From a virus (lineage: Duplodnaviria; Heunggongvirae; Uroviricota; Caudoviricetes), in the IMG/VR virus record IMGVR_UViG_2778261009_000009: 35,253 nt of DNA, one strand, 5' to 3'. Shown here in pieces: positions 8,607 to 17,467 of the stretch. The position numbers and the translations under genes were made by a program. A model generated the notes under the pieces. The model saw only the letters and a program-made list of their open reading frames with translations. It searched no databases and had not been told where the DNA came from. Each line of letters opens with the position of its first letter. Position 1 is the stretch's first letter.

Positions 8607-8724
8607 CTTTATTTTTCCTATTTTTTGGATCATTGCCATAGCTTTCTCTAACTAACCGAGTGATTGGCGGTTTAGGTGGTGGTGGTGGTGCTTCATTTTT
8701 TTTAGGATTTTTGTGTTCGGTCAT
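8593..8724 (-). CDS. polyproline mini-ORF 2 (43 aa): MTEHKNPKKNEAPPPPPKPPITRLVRESYGNDPKNRKNKDEQK
   Basis: In-frame portion of track ORF 8593..8778 starting at ATG 8724 with AAGGA RBS; overlaps neighbours in other frames. Confidence 0.4.
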   Translation of the reverse strand: MTEHKNPKKNEAPPPPPKPPITRLVRESYGNDPKNRKNKDEQK

Positions 8725-8839
8725 TTTTATCGTCCTTTCTGTCTCTTCGTAGTTGCCTTGCTTTTGAATCATCTTCAATAACGATCCTTCTTGCGGGTGG
8801 AGTAGGCCGAGGAGGTGGTGGCGGTAACGGTTTGGTCAT
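8702..8839 (-). CDS. polyproline mini-ORF 1 (45 aa): MTKPLPPPPPRPTPPARRIVIEDDSKARQLRRDRKDDKNDRTQKS
   Basis: Hand-translated; ATG overlaps stop of upstream membrane-protein gene (TAATG); AGGAGA RBS 5 nt upstream. Confidence 0.4.
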   Translation of the reverse strand: MTKPLPPPPPRPTPPARRIVIEDDSKARQLRRDRKDDKNDRTQKS

Positions 8840-9489
8840 TAAGTTCTCCTGACATTTTCAATAGGTATTATCAAATAGTTAGGGTCGTTATTTTTCCGCG
8901 GTGATGCTGCATCTAAATCAGCTAAAAGAAATATGACTACTGCTGCGATAATTGGAATCCATGACCAGACAAGATACTTTGTTGACTCAAATAGTTTACT
9001 GGAACGTTCCTCATTGATATTACTGTTCCAGCTAGCACATTCTCTGATTTCTTGATGAATAAACTCCCAAAGTTTATTATCAGGGTTATAACTTTCATCG
9101 TATGTAAGTCCATTGTCATCGCAATATTTTTTATATTTCACTTCGTAACTAATCAGATCTATGTGATAATCATGCAATGCTTTAGGTGCAGGGCAATACT
9201 TAAATTCATTTCCCCATATGACTTGTTTCAACAGAATTGATGATACAAGAACTAAACCAAATGAAATTGCGGTACATAAAAATACTAGGCAAGCTAGCCT
9301 TGGGTGGGATTCATAAGATGTATTTTTGGCGAGATAAGTGAGTATAGTTGCGGTAATGACAACTAATCCGAATTCGGCTTGAGCGCGAGTATGTATCTTG
9401 TCTTTATTCTCAATTTCTGAGAAATAAAGTTTTTCGTAAAATTCTAATGCTTTATCCTTTTTCATTTTTAGATTCAGTGTGATGTCCAT
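8839..9489 (-). CDS. cargo membrane protein (216 aa; two N-proximal TM helices, soluble Cys-containing middle domain, C-terminal TM helix), unknown function
   Basis: AT-rich ORF between portal terminator and mini-ORFs; hydrophobic segments FGLVVITATILTYL, LACLVFLCTAISFGLVLVSSILL, VWSWIPIIAAVVIFLL. Confidence 0.6.
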   Translation of the reverse strand: MDITLNLKMKKDKALEFYEKLYFSEIENKDKIHTRAQAEFGLVVITATILTYLAKNTSYESHPRLACLVFLCTAISFGLVLVSSILLKQVIWGNEFKYCPAPKALHDYHIDLISYEVKYKKYCDDNGLTYDESYNPDNKLWEFIHQEIRECASWNSNINEERSSKLFESTKYLVWSWIPIIAAVVIFLLADLDAASPRKNNDPNYLIIPIENVRRT

Positions 9490-9510
9490 GTATCAAACAT
9501 ATCACGATAA

Positions 9511-9540
9511 CAAAAAAAGAAAAGCCGCAATTCTGCGGCT
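9511..9540 (-). terminator. rho-independent terminator downstream of portal gene Q
   Basis: Stem agccgca/tgcggct (9523-9529/9534-9540) followed on minus strand by T-tract (plus A-run 9511-9522). Confidence 0.6.
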
Positions 9541-9549
9541 GTTGGGAAG

Positions 9550-10587
9550 CTAATCTAGCGATAATTCGTAATTTGTGAACCCTATCGCGTTTTTATCCAG
9601 CCATTTATTAAGCTCCTCAAAGCGTCTCTGAAGCGGAATAAGTTCATTACGAACGAATACGCGGCTGGCCTTCTCCACATCCCCAAATCCCCCAACATTA
9701 TTAGGCATAATCCCCATCATTTGCGGTGGCACACGATGCGCCGCCATCATGTCATCCCGGCTCACGTTCTTGATGTTTAGAAACTCATCCTTCGCCGCGA
9801 CTTCTGACAGAGGAATGATCTGAAGCCCATCCTTTTTGCCGTTAGGCGAGTACATAAACAGGTTGCGGAAGTTACCCGGTCCTTTGGCGCTTTTCATCGC
9901 ATTGCGGAGGTTGTTCACATCCTCCTGGTTCTGCGCGGCATCGGTCATGTACATGATGAAGCCTGCATGACTACCGTTAATGTAATACTTCCGGCGGAAC
10001 AGCGTGGCGGACTCGTTGAGCAAAGCGGATGGGATGGCAGAAAGATAGCCGGGCAGGCCGTAGATCTCCTGATTAATATCCGGTTCCATCAGATGAAAAA
10101 TGCTGCCTTTCGAGAACTGATACGGCTGGGTTGTCATACCGTATTGCACAAACCAGTAGGTATCCAGGTCTAACCCGCGTCGGGTATATTTTGCCAGAGC
10201 AGGCTCAAGGGCGATAACTTCACCGAAGCGGTTCGTGCGTTTCTCCAAGTAGGCGTTACCAAATACCAGATAGTCCTGCACAAAACGTGAAAAAGCCTGC
10301 TGGCTGAGCAGCGGGTGAGGGATGTAGGTACTGGTCAGTATGTTGCATTTCACCGCAATTGGTGAACTGTGATGCACGGCAGCGCGGAAGGTGCGCGCCA
10401 GTCCGTCAAAGCTCACTGGCGGCTCATACCAGCGATCTGTCTGTACGCATTCCACATAGTCCAGCAGTTCTCGGCGGTCCAGAACAGGAACGGGATCGCC
10501 GAAGCTGAATGCTTCGGCTGTAGTTTGACTTTTAAGCTGGATCTGTTTTGTCGCCGAAGCGCGGTTCTTCTTACTCTTTCCCATCAA
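9550..10587 (-). CDS. Q: portal protein (capsid portal, gpQ-like)
   Basis: 345-aa ORF colinear with P2 Q; start overlaps terminase stop (ATGATG with TGA). Confidence 0.85.
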   Translation of the reverse strand: MMGKSKKNRASATKQIQLKSQTTAEAFSFGDPVPVLDRRELLDYVECVQTDRWYEPPVSFDGLARTFRAAVHHSSPIAVKCNILTSTYIPHPLLSQQAFSRFVQDYLVFGNAYLEKRTNRFGEVIALEPALAKYTRRGLDLDTYWFVQYGMTTQPYQFSKGSIFHLMEPDINQEIYGLPGYLSAIPSALLNESATLFRRKYYINGSHAGFIMYMTDAAQNQEDVNNLRNAMKSAKGPGNFRNLFMYSPNGKKDGLQIIPLSEVAAKDEFLNIKNVSRDDMMAAHRVPPQMMGIMPNNVGGFGDVEKASRVFVRNELIPLQRRFEELNKWLDKNAIGFTNYELSLD

Positions 10588-12350
10588 AAAATCTCCACAA
10601 TATTGCTGGTATTGGCGGACTCGCCCTGCAGCGGTTCGTTAAACAGTGCGTGCATTGTTGCCCAGGCCAGATCGGCGTGACTGGCTTCTTCGCTGCGGCT
10701 GGCTTCATAGGTCGGGCGGTTGCCGCTGGCGGTGGTGGCGCGACGGATTGCCATGAATGACTGCGCTATGTCGGTGTGTCCGGCGTCAAACTCCAGACGG
10801 CGGTGGCTGATAATGTCGTAGGCCTTGAGTACCAGGGCGTTTTTAACATTGGGGTTGTAGACAAACTCCCGGACGGCAGGAAAGAACGCTTTTACGTTCT
10901 CGTAAACCCCGTGGCCGACCCCAGTTGAGTCGATGCCGATATAGGTCACGTTGTACTGTTCGGTCAGTTTTTTGATTGCGTCAGCCTGGGCGCGGAAGTC
11001 CATCCCGCGCCACTGGTGACGCTCAAGAATGCGGAACTTACCGCCCGGCACGGCTGGCGGTGCCACCACCACGCATCCGGCACTGTCGCCGTTCTGCGTA
11101 CCTTTTGCCGGGTCATAACCGATCCATACTTCGCGCCAGCCAAACGGGCGAAGGGCCAGTGCATGAAAGTCGGTCCAGACTTCCCAACTGTCCACCATGC
11201 ACGCCTGCAGCTCGCTGAGCGGAAACACGGACGCGAGATCGTCCACAAACTCGCACATCAGCAGGTTCTGGTATTCGTCCGGGCTGTACTCCATGCGCAA
11301 CTGGTCAAGGTCGAACAGGTTGCAGCCGCCGCGCACCGCATCTTCCACGGTGACTATCTGGCGGTATTGCCCGTCTGCGCACAGCAGGCCGGGGGCCAGA
11401 TTGCTGTGGGACAGGTCGATGTCCACCTTGTCAGCTTTGTTGCGTCCACGGTTGAACAGCGCACCGGACCAGAACGGATAAGCACTGTGGGTCAGGCTGG
11501 ATGGCGTGGAAAAATAGGTTTGTCGCCATTTCTTGTGAATAGCCATCCCGGAAGCCACTTTGCGCAGCTCCTGGAATTTCGGTATCCAGAAATATTCATC
11601 CAGATACAGGTTGCCGTGATAACTCTGGGCCGTGCGGGCATTGGTGCCGAGGAAGTAAAGCGTGGCCCCATTAGGAAGCACCATCGGATCGCCTTTTAGC
11701 TCCACCTCGACTTCTTTGGCGAAGTCGATGATGTATTGTTTAAAGACGTGGGCCTGAGCCTTACTGGCAGAAAGGAAAATCTGGTTACGTCCGGTCAGCA
11801 GGGCGTCAATCAGGGCTTCACGGGCAAAATAGAAGGTCGCGCCGATCTGGCGTGACTTCAGCAGGTTGCGGATGCGGTTGGTTTTTCCGGCTTCCCACCA
11901 GTGGCGCTGGTAGTTGAACATGGAGGAATGGAAGATTTCTTCCAGCTTCTCAATCTGTTCATCGTTGAAGACATTCTTTTCCGGCTGACGGCGCGGGCCC
12001 TTGTTGCGGTTGGCGACGTTAGGATTTAAGTCGGCTTCGTTGCCGCCATTGTTAAACTTGCCGATCCGCGCGTGGCGCTCCGACTGGCGCGCCAGCAGGT
12101 CAATCTCTTTGAAATCTTTCCCTTCTTTGTGCTCCTTCATAATGAGCTGGCAGTAGCGTGCGGCGGTGGTGAGCTGCATCTGATCCAGCGGCCCATAGTC
12201 ACCCCACTTGTCGCGTTTTTTCCAGCTGTGAACGGTTGCAACTTTCTCGCCCAGCATTTCAGCAATGCGGGCGACGCGGTATCCCTGAAAGTACAGCAGC
12301 ATGGCCTGCCGACGGGGATCGAGATCTGCGGGTGTCAGTGTGGTGTTCAT
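10584..12350 (-). CDS. P: terminase large (ATPase) subunit, gpP-like
   Basis: 588-aa ORF divergent from capsid operon, position and size as P2 P. Confidence 0.85.
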   Translation of the reverse strand: MNTTLTPADLDPRRQAMLLYFQGYRVARIAEMLGEKVATVHSWKKRDKWGDYGPLDQMQLTTAARYCQLIMKEHKEGKDFKEIDLLARQSERHARIGKFNNGGNEADLNPNVANRNKGPRRQPEKNVFNDEQIEKLEEIFHSSMFNYQRHWWEAGKTNRIRNLLKSRQIGATFYFAREALIDALLTGRNQIFLSASKAQAHVFKQYIIDFAKEVEVELKGDPMVLPNGATLYFLGTNARTAQSYHGNLYLDEYFWIPKFQELRKVASGMAIHKKWRQTYFSTPSSLTHSAYPFWSGALFNRGRNKADKVDIDLSHSNLAPGLLCADGQYRQIVTVEDAVRGGCNLFDLDQLRMEYSPDEYQNLLMCEFVDDLASVFPLSELQACMVDSWEVWTDFHALALRPFGWREVWIGYDPAKGTQNGDSAGCVVVAPPAVPGGKFRILERHQWRGMDFRAQADAIKKLTEQYNVTYIGIDSTGVGHGVYENVKAFFPAVREFVYNPNVKNALVLKAYDIISHRRLEFDAGHTDIAQSFMAIRRATTASGNRPTYEASRSEEASHADLAWATMHALFNEPLQGESANTSNIVEIF

Positions 12351-12395
12351 GGCACAAACCTACAGCCTTGAATGAAGGCTTTCCCCGCCTGCGGT

Positions 12396-12413
12396 TTGTG
12401 TGGTTGTCGGTAC
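12396..12413 (+). promoter_or_regulatory. late promoter activator site TGT-N12-ACA (Ogr/Delta-type) upstream of capsid operon
   Basis: tgt gtggttgtcggt aca read directly; about 95 bp upstream of O start. Confidence 0.5.
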
Positions 12414-12492
12414 AAATACCGCGCATTGTTTCACTGCCCCTATCACCGCAACCATAAGGCTCCAGTAAGTTTTTTCTAACGGAGCACGGCTC

Positions 12493-13326
12493 ATGACAGT
12501 GAAAGCAAAGCGTTTTCGCATCGGGGTGGAAGGTGCCACCACCGACGGACGCGAAATCCAGCGTGAATGGCTGGAACAGATGGCAGCCAGCTATAACCCG
12601 GCGGTGTATACCGCGCTGATTAACCTTGAGCACATCAAGTCTTATCTGCCGGACAGCACCTTTAACCGCTACGGCAAGGTGACGGCGCTGTTTGCTGAAG
12701 AAATCACGGAAGGTCCGCTGGCAGGCAAGATGGCGCTGTATGCTGACGTTGAGCCAACGGAGTCCCTGGTGGAACTGGTGAAAAAAGGCCAGAAATTATT
12801 CACCTCTATGGAAGTCAGCCCGAAGTTCGCTGATACGGGCAAAGCCTACCTGGTCGGCCTGGCTGCCACTGATGACCCTGCCAGTCTGGGCACTGAAATG
12901 CTGACATTCAGCGCCAGTGCAGCCCATAACCCGCTGGCAAACCGCAAGCAGAATCCCGCCAATCTCTTTACCGCCGCAGAGGAAACGGTGATCGAACTGG
13001 AAGAAGTCCAGGACGACAAACCGTCCCTGTTTGCCCGCGTCACGGCGCTGTTTACCAAAAAAGAGCAGTCCGATGACGCCCGGTTCTCTGATGTGCATAA
13101 GGCCGTGGAGCTGGTCGCCACTGAGCAGCAGAACCTGAGCGCACGCACCGAAAAATCCCTGTCTGAGCAGGAAGAACGCCTGTCTGAGCTGGAGACTGCC
13201 CTGCAGGCACAGCAAACCGCCTTTAACGAACTGGTGGACAAGCTGAGTCATGAAGACAGCCGCCAGGACTACCGCCAGCGTGCAACAGGCGGTAACGCCC
13301 CCGCTGACACTCTGACCAATTGCTGA
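12493..13326 (+). CDS. O: capsid scaffolding protein, gpO-like
   Basis: 277-aa ORF, first gene of rightward late operon, acidic/Gln-rich C-terminal region. Confidence 0.85.
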   Translation: MTVKAKRFRIGVEGATTDGREIQREWLEQMAASYNPAVYTALINLEHIKSYLPDSTFNRYGKVTALFAEEITEGPLAGKMALYADVEPTESLVELVKKGQKLFTSMEVSPKFADTGKAYLVGLAATDDPASLGTEMLTFSASAAHNPLANRKQNPANLFTAAEETVIELEEVQDDKPSLFARVTALFTKKEQSDDARFSDVHKAVELVATEQQNLSARTEKSLSEQEERLSELETALQAQQTAFNELVDKLSHEDSRQDYRQRATGGNAPADTLTNC

Positions 13327-13342
13327 TGGAGCACAAAACCCG

Positions 13343-14401
13343 ATGAAGAAGAATACCCGCTTTGCTTTTAACGCTTACCTGCAGCAGCTGGCGCGTCTGA
13401 ACGGTGTGGCAGTTGAAGAACTGTCCAGCAAATTCACTGTGGAGCCGTCTGTGCAGCAGACGCTGGAAGACCAGATCCAGCAGTCCGCCGCTTTCCTGAC
13501 GCTGATTAACGTCACGCCAGTGACTGAGCAGTCCGGTCAGTTGCTGGGGCTGGGTGTTGGCAGCACCATTGCCGGAACCACTGATACCACAGCTAAAGAG
13601 CGTGAGCCTGTCGATCCGACGCTGATGGTCGATGTGGAATATAAATGCGAGCAGACTAACTTTGACACGGTGCTGACCTACGCGAAGCTGGACCTGTGGG
13701 CGAAGTTTCAGGATTTCCAGGTGCGTATCCGTGACGCCATCGTGAAACGTCAGGCACTGGACCGCATCATGATCGGCTTTAACGGCGTGAAGCGTGCGAA
13801 AACCTCCAACCGTAGCGAAAACCCGCTGCTGCAGGATGTGAACAAAGGCTGGCTGCAGAAAATCCGTGAGGATGCACCGGATCACGTCATGGGCAGCACC
13901 ACCACGGGCGGTGAAACCACACCGGGCGCGGTGAAAGTCGGGAAAGGTGGCGAATATGCCAACCTGGACGCCGTGGTGATGGATGCCGTCAATGAGCTTA
14001 TCGACGTGGTCTACCAGGACGATGACGATCTGGTGGTGATTTGCGGTCGTGAGCTGCTATCTGACAAGTATTTCCCGCTGGTCAACAAAGAGCAGGAAAA
14101 CAGTGAAAAACTGGCTGCCGATATGATCATCAGTCAGAAACGCATGGGTGGCCTGCAGGCCGTGCGTGCGCCGTTCTTCCCGCCGAATGCGCTGCTGATC
14201 ACCCGTCTGGATAACCTGTCCATCTATTGGCAGGAGGACACCCGCCGCCGTTCAGTTATCGACAACCCGAAACGTGACCGGATTGAAAACTTTGAATCCG
14301 TTAACGAAGCCTATGTGGTTGAGGACTACCGCTGCGCCGCACTGGTGGAAAACATCCAGATTGGTGATTTCAGCGCCGCCGCAGCAGAAGCCGGAGCGTA
14401 A
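13343..14401 (+). CDS. N: major capsid protein, gpN-like
   Basis: 352-aa ORF following scaffold gene. Confidence 0.85.
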   Translation: MKKNTRFAFNAYLQQLARLNGVAVEELSSKFTVEPSVQQTLEDQIQQSAAFLTLINVTPVTEQSGQLLGLGVGSTIAGTTDTTAKEREPVDPTLMVDVEYKCEQTNFDTVLTYAKLDLWAKFQDFQVRIRDAIVKRQALDRIMIGFNGVKRAKTSNRSENPLLQDVNKGWLQKIREDAPDHVMGSTTTGGETTPGAVKVGKGGEYANLDAVVMDAVNELIDVVYQDDDDLVVICGRELLSDKYFPLVNKEQENSEKLAADMIISQKRMGGLQAVRAPFFPPNALLITRLDNLSIYWQEDTRRRSVIDNPKRDRIENFESVNEAYVVEDYRCAALVENIQIGDFSAAAAEAGA

Positions 14402-14404
14402 CCT

Positions 14405-15055
14405 ATGAGCCTGAGTCCCGCACGGCAGCATCGCCTGCGCGTTCAGGCTGAACAGGCCGCCCGCGAGGGCGGCAGTGTTCGCCACGCGTCGGGCTATGAC
14501 CTGATGTTGCTGCAACTGGCGGAAGATCGCCGCCGTCTCAAGGGCGTTCAGTCCACGGTCAAAAAAGCGGAAATCAAAGTGGAGCTGCTGCCGAAGTACG
14601 CCGCCTGGGCGGAGGGTGTCCTGGCTGCCGGAGGCACTCAACAGGATGACGTGCTGATGTACGTGATGCTGTGGCGCATTGATGCCGGAGATTATGCCGG
14701 GGCGCTGGAGATCGGGCGTCATGCCCTGCGTCATGGCTGGGTGATGCCGCTGGGTAACCGCAACGTGCAGACCGTGATGGCAGAGGAAATGGCAGACGCA
14801 GCGCAGAGCGCAATGCTTGCCGCCACCGGCTTTGATGCCGATCTGTTACTGCAGACACTGGAACTAACAGACGGTCTGGATATGCCGGACCAGTCACGGG
14901 CGCGTCTGCATAAAGCGATTGGCGCTGTCCTGAGTGAAAGCAATCCGGCTTCCGCCCTTAATCATCTCAACCATGCGTTACAGCTCGATCCCCGCTGTGG
15001 CGTGAAAAAAGACAAACAGCAGCTGGAGCGCAGACTGCGCAATGACAGCCGCTGA
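14405..15055 (+). CDS. M: terminase small (endonuclease) subunit, gpM-like
   Basis: 216-aa ORF following capsid gene, P2 order. Confidence 0.8.
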   Translation: MSLSPARQHRLRVQAEQAAREGGSVRHASGYDLMLLQLAEDRRRLKGVQSTVKKAEIKVELLPKYAAWAEGVLAAGGTQQDDVLMYVMLWRIDAGDYAGALEIGRHALRHGWVMPLGNRNVQTVMAEEMADAAQSAMLAATGFDADLLLQTLELTDGLDMPDQSRARLHKAIGAVLSESNPASALNHLNHALQLDPRCGVKKDKQQLERRLRNDSR

Positions 15056-15150
15056 CAGAACGTGCCCCCGCGCACGGGCGGCACGGGGTGGCGAAAGGCT
15101 CTGCCACATCAAAACCCCGTCCACCGCCCTTTATTTCAGGAGAAAGCAGC

Positions 15151-15615
15151 ATGAAGTTTGTTGCGCCAGAACAGGCACCGGAACAGGCGGAAATCATCAG
15201 AAATACGCCGTTCTGGCCTGATGTGGACCTGTCGGAGTTTCGCAGTGTCATGCGCACTGACGGCACGGTGACGCCGCCGCGTTTAAAGCAGGTTGCGCTG
15301 TCGGCAATTTCGGAGGTCAACGCAGAGCTGTATGAGTTTCGCAGACGTCAGCAGATGCTGGGGTATGTGTCGCTGGCTGAGGTTCCGGCGGAACAGCTGG
15401 ACGGCAAAAGTGAGCGCATTCAGCACTATTTCAACGCGGTTTACTGCTGGGCACGCGCCATGCTCAACGAACGATACCAGGACTATGACGCCACGGCATC
15501 CGGTGTGAAGCGAGGCGAGGAACTGGCGGAATCCTGCGGTGATTTGTGGCGTGACGCCCGCTGGGCCATCAGCCGGGTGCAGGATGCGCCGCACTGCACA
15601 GTGGAGCTTATCTGA
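15151..15615 (+). CDS. L: head completion/stabilization protein, gpL-like
   Basis: ATG at 15151 with CAGGAGAAA RBS; 154 aa; longer form from 15088 rejected. Confidence 0.8.
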   Translation: MKFVAPEQAPEQAEIIRNTPFWPDVDLSEFRSVMRTDGTVTPPRLKQVALSAISEVNAELYEFRRRQQMLGYVSLAEVPAEQLDGKSERIQHYFNAVYCWARAMLNERYQDYDATASGVKRGEELAESCGDLWRDARWAISRVQDAPHCTVELI

Positions 15616-15818
15616 TGAAAGTGCGTGCGCATCAGTATGACACGGTGGACGCGCTTTGCTGGCGTCATTACGGGCGCACGCAGGGTGTCACGGAGCAGGT
15701 ACTGAAGGCAAATCCGGGGCTTGCCGAATATGGCCCCTTTTTACCTCACGGGCTGCAGGTGGAGCTGCCGGACATTCCGACCACCACCACCGTGCAGACC
15801 GTCCAGCTATGGGACTGA
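15615..15818 (+). CDS. X: tail protein X (gpX-like, 67 aa)
   Basis: Size and position as P2 X; start overlaps L stop. Confidence 0.8.
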   Translation: MKVRAHQYDTVDALCWRHYGRTQGVTEQVLKANPGLAEYGPFLPHGLQVELPDIPTTTTVQTVQLWD

Positions 15819-15821
15819 ATT

Positions 15822-16037
15822 ATGACGCTTGAGCGAATCAGCGCCTTTATCACGTACTGCATCGCCGTTGTGCTGGCCTGGCTGGGCGATTTGTCCATCA
15901 AGGATGCCTCAACGCTGGGCGGCCTGATGATTGGTGTGCTGATGCTGGCTATCAACTGGTACTACAAACACAAAGCCTACCAGCTTCTGCGCGACGGGCA
16001 GATCTCGCGGGAGGACTATGAATCCATCAATCGTTAA
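15822..16037 (+). CDS. holin (small two-TM membrane protein)
   Basis: 71-aa ORF with two hydrophobic segments and charged C-terminus, directly upstream of endolysin. Confidence 0.7.
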   Translation: MTLERISAFITYCIAVVLAWLGDLSIKDASTLGGLMIGVLMLAINWYYKHKAYQLLRDGQISREDYESINR

Positions 16038-16530
16038 ACGCTGCCTTGTCGGGGCCGTGCTGGCTATTGCTGCCACGCTGCCGGGTTTTCAGCAGCTTCA
16101 CACCTCCGTGGAAGGGCTGAAACTGATTACCGATTACGAAGGTTGTCGTCTGCAGCCGTATCAGTGCAGCGCGGGTGTCTGGACCGACGGCATTGGTAAT
16201 ACGTCGGGCGTCATTCCCGACAAAACCATTACGGAGCGACAGGCAGCAGAAGGGCTGATCTCCAACGTGCTGCGTGTGGAGCGGGCGCTGGAAAGGTGTG
16301 TGAAGCAACAGCCGCCGCAGAAGGTGTATGACGCTGCGGTGTCGTTTGCCTTCAACGTGGGTACGGGCAATGCCTGCAGTTCCACGCTGGTGAAATTGCT
16401 CAATCAGCGGCGCTGGGCGGATGCGTGCCGACAGTTGCCGCGCTGGGTGTATGTAAAAGGTGTGTTTAATCAGGGGCTGGATAACCGCCGTGCGCGGGAG
16501 ATGGCCTGGTGCTTACAGGGAGCAAACTGA
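16018..16530 (+). CDS. endolysin, lysozyme with N-terminal signal-anchor-release-like segment (SAR endolysin, P1 Lyz-like)
   Basis: Gly/Ala-rich hydrophobic N-terminus CLVGAVLAIAATLPGF followed by EGCRLQPYQCSAGVWTDGIGNT lysozyme motif. Confidence 0.8.
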   Translation: MNPSIVKRCLVGAVLAIAATLPGFQQLHTSVEGLKLITDYEGCRLQPYQCSAGVWTDGIGNTSGVIPDKTITERQAAEGLISNVLRVERALERCVKQQPPQKVYDAAVSFAFNVGTGNACSSTLVKLLNQRRWADACRQLPRWVYVKGVFNQGLDNRRAREMAWCLQGAN

Positions 16531-16531
16531 A

Positions 16532-16909
16532 ATGAAAAAGAAAGTAATCAGCGGGCTGTTTCTGATGTTATGGATAGCGCTGTTAATCGCCGCAATGATG
16601 TATCCGCAGGGGATTTTTCCGGTACTGGCAGCATCTGGTGTCTGGGTAGCCTGTCTGCTGACATGGGCAGTAATTCCGGTATCACTGGCTGCGTTAATTA
16701 AGAACGGCCCGCTCTGGCAGGAGTTGAGGGCATCTTTGCTGAAGACAATTACCCGAAAAGAAAACGTATTTATCAGCTGGATGATGCGATTGCTGATTGT
16801 CGTCAGTCTCGCCTGGACGGGGTGGGCTATTACCCTGGTCTTTTATCTACTGACCGTTATTGCCTTCTGGATCACCCGTAATCAGATGGCGCAACAGGTA
16901 GCAGCATGA
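16532..16909 (+). CDS. lysA: LysA-like lysis membrane protein
   Basis: 125-aa multi-TM ORF after endolysin; ATG 16532 with AGGGA RBS. Confidence 0.65.
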   Translation: MKKKVISGLFLMLWIALLIAAMMYPQGIFPVLAASGVWVACLLTWAVIPVSLAALIKNGPLWQELRASLLKTITRKENVFISWMMRLLIVVSLAWTGWAITLVFYLLTVIAFWITRNQMAQQVAA

Positions 16910-17334
16910 ACCGGTTGCTGCTGGTTGTGCTGGCGTTATTACTGGCGGCGCTGGGCTGGCAGACGTGGCGGCTGGCTGATGCCAGCCAGACCATCAGCAC
17001 GCAGGCAGACGAGCTGCAGAGCAAAAGCCAGGCACTGGCAAAGAGCAACAGCCAGCTTATCAGCCTGTCCATTCTGACTGAAACCAATAACCGGGAGCAG
17101 GCGCGGCTCTATGCCGAAGCAGAACAGACCAGCGCGCTGCTGAGACAACGACAACACCGGATCGAGGAACTGAAACGTGAGAACGAGGATTTACGCCGCT
17201 GGGCTGATACTCCTTTGCCTGCTGACATTATCCGGCTGCGGGAACGTCCGACGCTCACCGGAGGTGCAGCTTACCGTCAGTGGTTGTCCGCGAGTGACGC
17301 CGTGTCGGCTGGATCAGGCAGCGCCGCGCACTAA
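16906..17334 (+). CDS. lysB: LysB, Rz-like inner-membrane spanin
   Basis: N-terminal TM anchor then coiled-coil-like Q/E/R-rich region; overlaps embedded lipoprotein gene. Confidence 0.75.
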   Translation: MNRLLLVVLALLLAALGWQTWRLADASQTISTQADELQSKSQALAKSNSQLISLSILTETNNREQARLYAEAEQTSALLRQRQHRIEELKRENEDLRRWADTPLPADIIRLRERPTLTGGAAYRQWLSASDAVSAGSGSAAH

Positions 17335-17467
17335 CGGTGATCTGAACGCGTTGCAGGATGAAACGGAGGCCGCCTGGGCGGTCTGTGCAGACAAAGTGGA
17401 CATGATTATTGCGTGTCAGGAGCGAAACAGTGAACAAACCACAATCCCTGCGCCACGCCCTCAATAA
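17177..17467 (+). CDS. lysC: LysC, Rz1-like outer-membrane lipoprotein spanin (GTG start), overlapping lysB in another frame
   Basis: Signal peptide with lipobox LTLSGC, Pro-rich mature part; starts inside lysB. Confidence 0.7.
   Translation: MRTRIYAAGLILLCLLTLSGCGNVRRSPEVQLTVSGCPRVTPCRLDQAAPRTNGDLNALQDETEAAWAVCADKVDMIIACQERNSEQTTIPAPRPQ

Noticed and set aside
8500-8840. G-rich ggtggtggcgg repeats considered as a possible CRISPR-like or satellite array
   Set aside because: Only three units with irregular period and no spacer structure; they are explained as polyproline codons (CCN) of three paralogous mini-ORFs on the opposite strand.
10964-11699. Plus-strand ORFs antisense to the terminase large subunit gene (e.g. 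11016..11699, 227 aa)
   Set aside because: Fully embedded antisense in terminase coding sequence; Arg/Ala/His-rich low-complexity translation typical of GC-rich antisense frames.
12796-15668. Minus-strand ORFs within capsid and terminase-small genes (e.g. 13223..13885, 14252..14734, 14967..15320)
   Set aside because: Antisense within the colinear late operon; GC-rich spurious frames.
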